Source: Girardia tigrina
Taxonomy: Eukaryota
Direction: 5' to 3'
Assembly: GCA_001938485.1 (NCBI GenBank)
Contig: MQRK01224352.1
Location: 1-49,854 of the forward strand
Length of the DNA: 49,854 nt
The notes beneath the pieces were generated by a model that was not told the DNA's origin, did not search any database, and saw only the letters and a program-made list of their open reading frames with translations. A program made the position numbers and the translations under genes. Positions 1 through 12,164 of this stretch are shown here, piece after piece. Positions within the stretch are counted from its first letter, which is position 1; every line of letters starts with the position of its first letter.

Positions 1-583
1 AATATCAGTAATCGACTTTCAATGTTGGCTTGATTCAATTCATGTGGTATCCATTTTCCTTCTTTTTGAATTATTTTCATAGCATGTAGACGTTTACTTA
101 TGGCTGCTTGAGTAACATTAAACTGTTTTGAAAGCTCTTTCTCTGTTTGAGTAGAATCTTCCTTCAGTAATGATTCCAAATCTTCATCTTGGAATCTTTT
201 TGGTTGACCGGAACGCTCTTCGTCACTTACTTCGAAATTTCCACTTTTGAAACGTTTATACCAGTTCTCGCAAGTCTGTTGAATTGATGCATGTTGACCA
301 TAAGTTTCTTCAAGAAGCCGAAAACTGTCTGCAGCTTTTTTTCTTTTGATTAAAGCAAAACAGTAGTGCTTCCCGCAAATGCTGTTTTGTTGGTATGAAA
401 GTTGTCATGCTAAAACGTGATTAAAAATATGTTTATGACGCATTTAAGGTCAATGACCTACTTAATTTTAATGCCTCGATTTCAGCACTTTAAAAATCTG
501 TACGTACGACTGTAAAATTATGCTTATTACAAAGGTTACACTATCTCTTAGAAAATCCAAAAAACTAAGTTATACACCTAATA
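1..583 (-). mobile_element. Mariner transposon relic, 5' part: N-terminal transposase (ATG at 408) plus TIR
   Basis: Minus-strand translation MTTFIPTKQHLREALLFCF..(frameshift)..LEETYGQHASIQQTCENWYKRFKSGNFEVSDEERSGQPKRF...EGKWIPHEL contains the mariner WVPHEL motif. TIR-like TATTAGGTGTATAACTTAG at 565-583. Confidence 0.93.
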
Positions 584-714
584 AATTCATTTCATCTTCA
601 TTTAAAGTATCACTTAAGTTTAAAACTGTATTTTGGACATCAAATTGAAAATTGGTTTGATAATGGGAGCAATATTTCCGAACATAATTTAAAATATAAA
701 AAGAAAATCGGAGA

Positions 715-1000
715 AAATGATTTTCAAATTCTGTGTAATCGATTTAAAAATTACTGGGAGAGAGTAACGTGTGAGGCCTTATTAATAAGATCCATGGATC
801 CAAAAATTAATATTCAAGCTTCACACTCAACTTCTCTGTTAAACATTTTCAAATAGATTCTTTATTACATGATGAATTGCGTAATTACTTTTCTCATATA
901 TAAGCTGCAAAAAGCCAGTGTTAATTTAATCTGAAGATGGCATTGGGTAATCCGCCGAAATTAATTACAAAATAAATTGTGAAAAATGGCGTTCACTTTT
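715..1000 (+). mobile_element. 3' end of a Penelope-like element (GIY-YIG C-terminus plus pLTR)
   Basis: FQILCNRFKNYWERVTCEALLIRSMDPKINIQ...FK* is closely similar to the endonuclease tail at 13222-13370. It is followed by a hammerhead-like motif. Confidence 0.8.
928..969 (+). ncRNA. Degenerate minimal hammerhead ribozyme (PLE type)
   Basis: CTGAAGA-t-GGC..GCC-GAAA-TTAA-T-T. The core and the palindromic stem III (ATTAAT) are intact; stems I and II are eroded. Confidence 0.55.
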
Positions 1001-1329
1001 TAGTTAAAGATATTTAACATTTAGACTGTTTTATTTTCCCTATTTTGAATGTTCATTAAATTTTTGAATTTAAAATCTGATCAAATTAATAACTAAACAA
1101 TTACATTTTGTAAAGTTTTAAAGATAAGATATTATTAAAGTTTTATAGATAAGTTAAAATAAGATTTTATCAATTTAATGTAAAAAGTTCATATATGTAA
1201 AAATAAAATACATTTTACGGTAGATTTATTAAAATTTAATTTAGAGTCAATAAAAGGATTATAAGGTAATAAAATAAATTTTTGTTTCATGAGCTTAAAT
1301 TTTGAATCCGAACCCAATACAACGTGTTA

Positions 1330-1892
1330 GTGTTCACTATTCCATGTTTTGAGATAAAAATTTGTCTACAATTTCCGCCTCCCATCTCTTTCATTGGTAC
1401 TGAGCTTCTAGGCTCTTTAGAGAGCCCACTTAAACTAAAGATTAGGAGCCCCCTGATAATAGCCCATTACGGATTCGGATTGCTTCTGGCTCCGGGATCT
1501 CTAAGCTACCCATTAAGAAAATACCACCCATTTATCATAGTTCCATAGCTTTGCATACATTTGGCTATATTTCTGGATTTTATCCAGCTGCAAAAGGGAC
1601 ATCTGAACTATCACTTCACAAAGAAGTCTGTGACTTTAGAATATAGATGTGTTTCTACCGCACTGATCATTTCTTTCTATATCATCAAGATCTGAGGCTC
1701 ATTTAGAATATCCTTGATATTTTGATCGGCTTTTAGAATTATGTTGCTAATCTAGTTTATATACTCTGATTTATATGATGAGATTCTGACATTTTTGACA
1801 TTGTCCAGATGTCTCGATAGATAACTCCTTGTTTTACATGTCTTTTGACAGTATGTACGTTTAAAAGATTTTACGTCTTCTTAGGTATTCAT
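1330..1892 (-). pseudogene. Disrupted intronless ORF beginning with a degenerate C2H2 zinc finger
   Basis: From ATG 1892: MNT*EDVKSFK(R)TYCQKTCKTRSYLSRHLDNV. This fits F-x-C-x2-C-x12-H with the first Cys mutated. Stops and frameshifts follow. Confidence 0.4.
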
Positions 1893-1924
1893 TGTTGTTG
1901 TTGTTTCTATCTAGGTGGGAGATG

Positions 1925-2215
1925 CTACTGCTTCATAGTATTTATTGATTTTATTAGGGAGTTCACATACGCCTCATAATTTACAGCGGGGTCTCGATGA
2001 AAGATGTGATTCACAACGTCATCGTAGACCGCCTCATTCCAGAAATTCCCATGTATATCATCTTGGAGACATTGCAAGATGAATTTTATGCTCATCGTCT
2101 CTATTTGCATTATCACTGTCAAGATTTGTTTGAAATATTCAAACACTTCCTGCGCTTGAAGGGAATGCATATTGTAATGCTTTAAACATTTAAAACATAA
2201 TATGTTTGTCGACAT
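1925..2215 (-). CDS. Intact 96-aa intronless ORF of unknown function
   Basis: Starts at ATG, has protein-like composition and an N-terminal CxxC, and has TATAAATA about 20-25 nt upstream. It lies in tandem with the next ORF, about 30 bp downstream. Confidence 0.45.
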   Translation of the reverse strand: MSTNILCFKCLKHYNMHSLQAQEVFEYFKQILTVIMQIETMSIKFILQCLQDDIHGNFWNEAVYDDVVNHIFHRDPAVNYEAYVNSLIKSINTMKQ

Positions 2216-2400
2216 TAAATTATTATAACCTTTATTTATATCACCTCACACTCTCCAATTTGTTTTTGATATGCAAATAATGATTTAACTGTTTTGTCTA
2301 ATTAAAATAGTTATTCAAATAATTATTCTTAATTGATTCATGTATTGTCTTTGAAAATAATTATATATACGTGTGTTAATGTTTGTGCTATTTGAGTTCT

Positions 2401-2732
2401 ATTTTTACAAGCTTTTATTACGTTTCATTTGTTTGTTTGTTTGTTTGTCTGTATGGATCAAATCTTGCGATCGAAATTTCACCCACTTCCCGTTGTGCTG
2501 GTGACTTGAAATTTTCAGGAGTGATGTATTCTAGATGACAATACACTATTTCATTTCCTGCTGACTGCTTTCCTGCAGTCAGTAGTTTGTCCGTAAAAAG
2601 TCAATAAAGTGCCGTTCTCATGCTTTTCTTAGTAGTAGGCTTTGAAATTTACTAAATTTAATTTCCAAATCGAATGAGATTTCGCATGTAGTAATAGTAG
2701 GCTTTGGAAATTCAGTCAAAAAAAATTCTGCA
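2401..2732 (+). mobile_element. Probable DINE-1/Helentron-associated-type non-autonomous element, truncated by a gap
   Basis: T-rich start TTTTACAAGCTTTTATT, then an internal (TTTG)n microsatellite at ~2427-2450, then a core with CCCACTTCCCG..TGAAATT. The architecture is typical of DINE/HINE elements; the family was assigned from memory only. Confidence 0.45.
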
Positions 2733-5700
2733 NNNNNNNNNNNNNNNNNNNNNNNNNNNNNNNNNNNNNNNNNNNNNNNNNNNNNNNNNNNNNNNNNNNN
2801 NNNNNNNNNNNNNNNNNNNNNNNNNNNNNNNNNNNNNNNNNNNNNNNNNNNNNNNNNNNNNNNNNNNNNNNNNNNNNNNNNNNNNNNNNNNNNNNNNNNN
2901 NNNNNNNNNNNNNNNNNNNNNNNNNNNNNNNNNNNNNNNNNNNNNNNNNNNNNNNNNNNNACGTCGCGCTGAGCCGACTCCGATCCTTGGAAGGACTACG
3001 AATTGAAGAGCTATGCTGTGAAATGCTCACAGGCAAAAAGCCGTGCAATCAACGAGCTCTCAATGAGATGGAGAGAATGTGACATGTGAATCTAAATAAT
3101 CAGAACATTTCAATCGAACCTCAAAACATTGATGGTGAGTGAGATTTTACAATTAACGATATGAAATGAACTTATGAGAACTTTAACTTCCTTTGCAGAG
3201 CGTACTAACGCAATGACCGANNNNNNNNNNNNNNNNNNNNNNNNNNNNNNNNNNNNNNNNNNNNNNNNNNNNNNNNNNNNNNNNNNNNNNNNNNNNNNNN
3301 NNNNNNNNNNNNNNNNNNNNNNNNNNNNNNNNNNNNNNNNNNNNNNNNNNNNNNNNNNNNNNNNNNNNNNNNNNNNNNNNNNNNNNNNNNNNNNNNNNNN
3401 NNNNNNNNNNTATATATTTCATATCCATACAAATCACTGCAATCAGGTCTTTTAATATGGGAAGTGGGTGAAATACATACAGATCCGCAAACATTTAACA
3501 AATTATAAAAGCTTGTGCACCAAAAATTTTTTTGGCGTGATAATTTCAATTAATATATGTATTATAACTTTTGTCACTGAGAAAATTTGGAAACAAATCA
3601 TCTTTCAAACACAGAAATAATTGTCACATAAATGAACAATAATAATCATAGCACCATGTAATCAAACTTTTCATTAAACTGTGGTCAAAATGGAACTTAA
3701 TTACTGAATGCAAAATAATTATTTAGAAATCAAGTACTCCTTCAATTCGAAAAAGAGGGCCGAGTTAAATTATAAAGTAATTAAGTAATTAATATTCACA
3801 GTCGCTAGATTACTTAAATGCCACTCAACGGTAAAATTGGCAGAGGTACTAATAACCTTCGTAGGAGTCTGGGCTCCTGGGTGGGACAAACTGAAAATTG
3901 ATGTTGATCAGTGTTATTATGCTAAGTGACACGGAAATGATGAGATGATATTTGATACTATTTGCATCAACTATTTATTTAATTATTTTATTTCTTTCCA
4001 CTTTTATCTAAATATTCTGATTGATCCCTGTTCTCTTGTATATTTGATAGACCTCCCCTGGCTGTTAATGCTCTTCTATCCTCCTGAATTTTATACTTTT
4101 TGCAAAATCTTTGATGTTATTCAATTTTAAAATCACTGAAATATAAGCTTTTATTTGAGATATATAAAAATAAGTTCTTCGGAACCCTGTGTTAAAAAAT
4201 TATTTTTTCTCTTTTCAGTGAAATTCCCACTTAAAAAAATTTAATTTCAAATTATTAAGTTCAAAAAGTTTTGAAAAAAAAAATTTATTCGTTATGAGAA
4301 ATATAATGATTTATTATTTATTAAAATCCAACATTTGCATTTTTTAATATTTAATATTTTATAAATTTAGAAACCCAAGCATGATGCCATTTTTAAAATT
4401 TAGATTTTTATTGTTATTTTAATTGTGTTAAAATGTTTAAATTTAAGTGCTTTTATAATTATAGTAATTTTTATTATTTTATATTAATGTCATCTTAAAT
4501 ATAATTTCTTTATTAAAATGATAATTATAATAATTATATATATTATGAAGTCAGTGAGTAAATATAAAAAAGTCCATTATTTATTATTTGTATTCTGTCA
4601 GTAACAATGACTTGTTTCCATATATTATCACAAAAAACCTTTTTTCCTCTACTTTTTGTTATAAATTTCATATCTAATTACCAAACATAAATTATTAATT
4701 ATTTCAGTGCAAATTAAAACAAATAATATTATATTTTATTTATGTCATATTCTTCAAAAAAATCAGTTACAATATTTATTAATTCTGAAAATTTTGATAA
4801 AAAGAAATATTTATTTTTTGTTAAACATCAAAAATTTATTTTCTTGTAATTTCAAACAAAAATTATTTTTTATATTATTTGCTTACTTTTTTTTATAATA
4901 CTAATAATAAAATATTTAAGTTCAAATTTATTTTTTAACGTAAAATATATTTTTTTTAAATTTTAAATTAATTAAAAAAACTGTTTATTGATTTAAACAG
5001 ATAAAAGTAAAAAATATTTTATTTTCAATTTAAAATAATTTTTATAATTGACAAAAGTCTTTATAAAAAATGAATCATGTTATAATTTCAAAAGAGAGAA
5101 AACGAATTTATTTATTAAATGTTAAATTAGTTTAAATGATTAATTTGAGAAATGTAAACCAAATAATATGAAACCATTTTTATTGGTAATTGATATCCTA
5201 AAAGAATAAATATAATTTAATTAATTGACAAAAAAACTTAAAATAAATATATTTTTATTTGAAAAAAAACAAAATATTATTTAAAAAAATAATATTAATA
5301 AATATAGGGGTTGGAAAAAATATGGAAACACATAACATTTTGGTATCATGTTTTTAGGTCTATTATTTTGTTATTTCTTATGTTTATTTATATTAAATGT
5401 TTTTAACGAAAATTTTGAAATAGGTTACGATCTGCTTAAAATGGCAGACCTATCTGACATGTACAGAACCAAGTTTTTAAAAGAAATGTTTATCGGGACA
5501 TTCTTAAATCTAGATTCCAAGAAAGAACTACAACTAGAAAACTTTTGCTCTTAAAACAATCTTTCAAAGCGTTTAGAGTTGTAATCTCTAAAAGAGTCCT
5601 TCTAGCAGTTGATAAATGGGATTTTCCTCTGGGTATTACCTCTGGCCCGAGTGTAAGTTTCGGGTGAGTCAAAAAAAGCATTTTATCGAAACTACATTCT

Positions 5701-5891
5701 CTCAACCGTAAACCATTATGGGGTTTTGTGATAATCAAGAGTTTAATTTCTTAGAAAACCAATCGGTCAATGATTTTTTTCATGAAAGAATTAACTGCTG
5801 AGACTTTTTAGGAATTTTTGGCTTCAAAGTGTATTCTTTGGTTCAAGAACTAATTATAGAGATGAACACCATCTTTCAAGATAAAAATACC

Positions 5892-6039
5892 AGTATGAGG
5901 AAAATGCGGGTTCTCCCCCACCCCCCCCCGAGGGGGTAGCCCGTTTCCACGGCAACGATTACCATAGCAACGGTTCCGGTTACCATGATAACGGGCTACC
6001 CCAAAGGGGGTGGGGTAAAACCCGCATTCCCCCACTACT
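5892..6039. mobile_element. 148-bp fold-back element with Polinton/Maverick-type termini and a 6-bp TSD
   Basis: AATACC flanks both sides (5886-5891 and 6040-6045). The left end is AGTATGAGGAAAATGCGGGTT; the reverse complement of the right end is AGTAGTGGGGGAATGCGGGTT. Arms pair at 5903-5912/6019-6028, 5916-5925/6006-6015 and 5933-5945/5990-6002. Confidence 0.75.
5943..5992. promoter_or_regulatory. Three RFX X-box-like motifs
   Basis: GTTTCCACGGCAAC (5943-5956), ATTACCATAGCAAC (5958-5971) and GTTACCATGATAAC (5979-5992), compared with the consensus GTTNCCATGGNAAC. Confidence 0.6.
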
Positions 6040-7672
6040 AATACCAATTCATACACCTAAAATAGTTAAAACTGGAATCTGAAAACATCTCATCTGAAGA
6101 AAACATGGTGCCATGTTCATATGGCCATTTGGGACAAAGGATATTGCTAAAGAGACAGGTACTTATACCAAAGGATATTAATAATAAAAGATATTAAAAT
6201 AAATGATATTAAAAATATATTCATTATTTAATTATTCCAGAAAAGATTTAAGTATTTTACTGTTTTTTTGTCAAAAAGACAAAATAATCTTTTATAAAAT
6301 AATAAAATATTTATATAAATCCAAAAAGGAATTCGTCTTTGATAACAAAAAAAACACTCTAACATTCAATAATTTAATTTATGAATTTATAATTTTCTTT
6401 GAAGATTTTTTTATTAGTTTATATTTGGTTTTTTTTTATTTGTTTATTCGTTATGGTCGCATTTTCAACATTTGTATAATTATTAAATTTCTTTATTAAA
6501 TTATATTTTCGCATCATATTCGAACAGGAATTGTTTAATTTCAAGTGTCGCGTTTCATTTCAAGTTTGGCTTAAATATCCTTCATAAAAGGCGGCAATTT
6601 ACTGAATAAGGAAAGAAGTACTTTTTTAAAGAAACAATGTGATAACAAGGGAATTATAAACATTTAATAAATATTTTTCCCAATTTTTCAAATGAATTTC
6701 CTAAGGGAACATTAACAAACTTCAATAATAATAAAAAAATAAAATTTAATCGGAGCAAAGATTTCATAGAAGTATCCTCAAAATTTCTGCGAAGGAGGAA
6801 TTTTAAATTACGTCTACGTTGAGAAGGAGTAAAGAAAAGATTGTCGATAAAAGTTCTGTTTAATATAATTTTATGAACTCTTTCACTCAGCAATGCTTTT
6901 TGAGATTTGGAGTTCATAAAGTTGCGGGTGTTTTGTGTTGAGCAGTTTGAGAATGTTATACGCGTTCAAAGATTTTGAGGTACACATTCTTTGTGAAGAT
7001 ATACTTGTAGAGCAGTGAAAGGGTAATTGAGAAATTTAGATCAAGAATTTAATAAAGAATGTCATTAAAAAGCATAAATTTTAAGTTCTTCCAAAGTAAT
7101 CTAATTTTTTAATGTAATTTGTAATATTAATTTGTATAAAATAAATATAGTAATAAAATATCGAAATAGTGACAGCAACCCGGAAAACAAATAAAGATTC
7201 GGTCTTTTAACTTTAGTCAATATTGCAATAGTTAAAAAAAAGTTACTGAAATTAGTCAAAATATAATGAAAAAGATTAGAAAAATAATAAATAAATATAT
7301 TAAGATCAGTGTCCGGTCACTTAATTTTCAACATTTACTCCTTTGGTACATAATCCTACAAACTTCCCAAAACTTCAATGAAAACTTTAATTGATGTACC
7401 AAGTAAAATTAATATAAGCACGACTCTGAACTAGCATCGTTGGAGACTTAAAAACACCGAGATCAAGAGATTTTTGGGGTTGTTTTATTTAAAAGAATTT
7501 AAAGAAATAACAATAAATACAAATTATCAACTAAGAGAAAATCAAACAAAACATAGATTTAAAATTTACTTAAACCTTTTACAAAATCCAAATACTGATA
7601 AGTTTTTCAAAGAATTTGTAACTTCAGATAATAATTTGATTTAATTCATAATAGGAAATATGCATTAAACAT

Positions 7673-8875
7673 AAGGTGTGTCCACTAAAAAAGTGCACAA
7701 GTTTTAAAACCATCATAACTTTTTAATGTAATATAATTTAAAATCGTAAATTTGGAATTTAAATATTTGTTTTAATAGGTTAGAAATAGTAAAGCAGGTA
7801 TTTAAAATTTTTGGTTTAATATGTTTTATTTTAGAGACAATTATAATGATTTCAAAACGACATGAAAATATAATCAATTTTTTCAAAACGCACAGTAAAA
7901 GTGAGACTGTGACAAAGTTTACTGGCATTCATTTTTCCAGAATAGGTATATATGTAATAATACAACGCTATAAGAAGACCGGCAGCATTGAAAGAAAAGT
8001 AGGAAGTGGAAGGAAACCTGTTAAAATGACGTCAGACAACGGGAAGAGACTTCTGCAGCGTGCAACTTTGACTGTTGGACAAAGTGGGAGAAAGTTAGGT
8101 AGATAAATGAATGTTTCAAAGTCTTACGTGCATAAGATGCTCAAGACTAATAACATAGTGTTTCGAAAGAGTAAAGAAATCCCAAAGGTTACTCCGACAC
8201 AGATTATTCGCCAGAAAGCCAGGTTACACAATCTCGCTAAAATTGTTGTGGAAAAGACCAAAACCGACTTTGTACTTGATGATGAGTCGTATTTTACACT
8301 CACCGGAGCAATGACATCGGGTTATTATGTGGACCAAAAGAAGTTCGGTCATGTAACTGATAATATTCGCCTTAAATTTCAAAAGAAATTCACAGTAAAA
8401 GTTTTGGTTTGGGCAACTGTTTCCAGACAAGGCATTTCAAACCTGTACATCAGGAAATGGAAATCTGTAACTTCTAATTCGGATATTTATATCTCCGAGT
8501 GCTTAACGAAGCGTTTGCTTCCTTATCTGAATGATAAATACCCAGCTGGTCACTTCATCTTCTGGCCAGATCTTGCTGCTTGTCACCACGCCAAAGTAAG
8601 TCTGAAGTGCTTAGAGGACAACAAAATTCCATTTGTCAAAAAAGATTCGAATCCACCTTGTGCTCCCCAAATACGCCCAATTGAAAAGTTTAGGGCTCAT
8701 TTAAAGGAGAAGGTGTTTGAAAAGGGTTGGACTGCCGATTCTGAAGACCAGTTGATTCGCAGAATCAAACTAAAGCAAAGCAGTTTAACAATTTATATTT
8801 TAGGACATTATTTGCAAATTTTCGACAAAGAATAATGCTTGCTAACTCTTATGGCCTTAATAGTTTGATATAATA
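7673..8875 (+). mobile_element. IS630/Tc1/mariner DD37E-type transposon; transposase interrupted by an in-frame TAA
   Basis: ORFs 7846-8106 and 8107-8835 are in the same frame. HTH region ERKVGSGRKP; catalytic FVLDDESYF, FWPDLA and PQIRPIE with 37 residues between the second D and the E. Left TIR candidate at 7673; no right TIR found. Confidence 0.9.
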
Positions 8876-9800
8876 AAATAGTTATTCTGTTATTATGATC
8901 TTAACTGGATTTTAATTTGTATATTTTATGTGTTCATGCCTAATCAATCTAACATGTACTTTACTTTAAATAAAGAAGTGAAATTATGCATTACAATTAT
9001 TTCTATTACTTTTTTGTAAAACTAGATTCTAACACTTGAGGACATAATCAATTCTCAGTAGACTTTAGACATATACAATTTTATATGTATTTGGTTTAAA
9101 GTTTAAAAGAAAATGTTCATACGTACCTTTGAACCAATTCGTATAAGTATTAAGATTCAATGAATACATAATAGCTCAATCAAAAATAATAAATATATGC
9201 TTTAAATGATAACTATAACTATTAACTGAAAACAGTTTATACTAGTAATTATAATGTAAATAGTTACTATAATTGCAATTATGATAATTATTTTAATTAA
9301 ATGGAATTACTTGTATTTAGGCATCCGTACAATTGCAGTTTGAGGCAGATTTTTTCATTTGTCGATTGATAGGGATAGAGTCTCAACCAGCGGGCGATTA
9401 ATGGCGGCTCTAATGATATAAAGTTTTCATTTAAAGGATCCTTACGACAGATTAATTCCTAAAATAGTTAAATTAAAATTAATTTAGTAAAAGCAAATCA
9501 TATTTCCTTTAATTTATTTTCTAAGTTAGTTTTTTATAATAAAAACGATAAATATTATTTATATATATATATATACGAAACAACAAATATTTATTTTAAA
9601 GAATTTTTAATCTCAATCTTCGAATCTTTTGCTTTTGTTGAAACTTTATAATTAAATTAAATTTAGAAGATAGGCAAAATTAACAATAAAAAAATTTATT
9701 ATGTGATTTCCTCTGCTTAAAGAGTGTTATTTATAATATGTTCAATCTTAGTAATTCATTCATAATTTTTAACACTTGGTTCAAATATATATTTATTACG

Positions 9801-10233
9801 TGTCTTAAGAGCACCAAATGGACTTTTAATATTTTTATTAGTATTATAAGTTTGATTGCCATCAGGACAATCTTTGGCAAAGCTTTCATACAATCTCATC
9901 TTTCTAATTGATAATTAACTATGATCTTATTATCTGAGTAAATAGAGATTTAATAAATTGTTGAAATACTTATTCCAAATTTTATTAGTTAAAATTTAAA
10001 TGAAATATTAATTATTTAAAAAATATTAATTCAATTTATTTTTTAAAAATTGTAAATAAAATTAATCAACTTATTTAAAATTTTACAATTATTTTAAATT
10101 AGAAATACATTTAAACATTACATATTTTCAGATAATAAGAATTAAAATATTAATCATCTATCTGAGTAGGAGAGTCACAAATCTAAACAGCATACAAACA
10201 ACAAACTTACAACATTCCAAAGTATCCCTCACA
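9801..10233 (-). repeat. Solo LTR related to the TGTGAGG family
   Basis: The minus strand starts TGTGAGG, contains CTCCTACTCAGAT, and ends ...TTGTCC..GCAAT..AATAAA..TTGGTGCTCTTAA, like the copies at 29354, 41603 and 44993. Confidence 0.65.
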
Positions 10234-10439
10234 TGCATCATTTTAAAAATAGATCTCATGTCCCTCAACGGACGCTGCGAAAAATAAAAGTATCAATGCG
10301 AATATCGTAACATTTATAGATCTTGTCTTTTAATGTTTTTACAGAATGATTTCAATAGCAAAACAGTTTGTCACTACTAACCGGATTATTTGTAAAAAAC
10401 AGTGACGTCTCTTAAGAAAGTATCAAGAAACTTTCAAAA

Positions 10440-10720
10440 CGTTATAATACGGTTGAATAAAATGATGACAGATTTTTGAAAGTATTTTAATAAAACTGTT
10501 TCTTTATATATGATCACTAATCCTGATTTTGAAATGAAGATTTGACTCTCCATTTATAAATAAATTTATAAACTACATTACCCTGGAAATTCAATTTTTT
10601 TCGATTTTTTTGAGATGAAGTTTTGAACTTTAGATGTCATTGAAACCACGTTGACATTATAGATATTCTTACAGTTGCGGAGACGGTGCCTCGACTTTTA
10701 CTGATTCTAATGACACATCC
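10440..10720 (-). mobile_element. Degraded Penelope GIY-YIG endonuclease fragment
   Basis: Minus-strand frames give FQGNVVYKF and GESNLHFKIRISDHI, matching the VVYxFxC..YIGET-R-L-RI-EH pattern. Confidence 0.65.
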
Positions 10721-11061
10721 AGAAGTTCGATGTTTTTTTTAATGATATTGTTAAACATTTCTAAGGAAATGATTTTGTACATTTAATATTAATAGATGAT
10801 TTCAAAATAACATATTCGTTTTCAAGATTACTTTGCATTGTTCAATTTCATTAACACTCAGTAAAGGTTTAGATTTTTAATATTGATATCCTTTTTTGTG
10901 ACAAAACTGGAATTCGATTTCTTCAAAGAATATTTATTTAAATGGTTAGACTCGAAGAATGTTTTCTTTTAATTTGATAATAAACTTTATTTTTTAATTG
11001 AAATAACATTTCTTTTTAACAATTGAATTGTGATAAAGAGAAAATCAATATTTTCTCTCCC

Positions 11062-11165
11062 AAACACACACCAATCACAATTTAACATGTCACATTCACA
11101 CACACACATGCATTTAACATTTCTTTACACGCACACATTCAAATTCAAACAAATACACACACAAC
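11062..11165. repeat. Degenerate (CA)n-rich simple repeat
   Basis: Several ACACAC runs. Confidence 0.6.
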
Positions 11166-12164
11166 TAAGCTAATCACTCGATTGACCAATTCAAATATCT
11201 CAGAAAACTCAAAGTTTTGCACACATACATGTCGAACATTTCTTACATTTTCATTTGTAATATTTCGAAAAAATCGATTAATCGAATTATTTGCGAATGT
11301 ATTACGAAATAAAATTACCATTTAATCGATAAATAACCGAAACATCTAAGTGCAGATCAATCGATAAATATGAATAGTCCTAAATGTTCCGAGAAAAATT
11401 AATTTACAAAAATCCATTTAATGTGACAGAGGTCAAAACAAACCAATTATTTAATTAATCCAATTAATTTTGTTTATTTATTTATTTTCTTTAATTACGT
11501 TATTTGATTATATGTATTTTAATTTATTTGTTAATTTTATTGATTTTAGTTATTTAATTTACTTAATTTAATAATTTATGTAAGGGCAAAATATTCGGTC
11601 AAATCGAATCAATTTCCGCTCCACTTAAGAATACTCTTCTTAAATCCGGTAAATCATTCAAAAATGGTATGATGACTATTTGTTTGTGCTCTTTGATGTT
11701 TTCTTTCTTTTATCTTTTCTTTGCTCATTTTTACTTTAATGATTTGTCAAATATAACCTTAATTTTGTGATATATTTGTTTGTTTGTGTACATGTAGTCC
11801 CTCAAGCTTCCTCAAAGAATATTAAAACCATGATTCATTATTGCAAAAGAAAAATTTGAAACCCTTAATCAGTAGGTATAATGAAAAGTTGGAAAGATAA
11901 TTGGTAAAAATCAAAGTAAGTCGGTTATGAATGGAATTTGGAGAAGAATCAGCTGTTATTAATTCTTTATGTAGAAACTATGAAGTGGACTATTTATTTG
12001 TATTTTACTTTCTCAGTTTTCGATGTGGAAATGAATATTTTTTCCTGGCAAGTAATAATATGTTTCAATTTCGAAGACTCTGTGATATTTTCAAGTTTAT
12101 TGTATTTATTAACAACACAAACATTTTCACTAGCAATTTCTGCTGGAATCGTCATTCTTGATTA

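Noticed and set aside
2704-3549. ORFs of 93-114 aa in the ORF track (also 19853-20235)
   Set aside because: They are artefacts of translating through N-gaps (2733-2960, 3221-3410, 19919-20156).
3945-4898. Short F/I/L/K-rich ORFs here and elsewhere (e.g. 6203, 13640, 19096, 22592, 41795)
   Set aside because: They are expected by chance in very AT-rich DNA or are antisense shadows of TE ORFs.
5850-6056. 68-aa ORF over the GC hairpin, or a parvovirus/CRESS origin hairpin
   Set aside because: The ORF is a by-product of GC richness. There is no Rep/NS1 nearby and no nonanucleotide loop; the AG..CT ends plus TSD fit an integrase-mediated insertion better.
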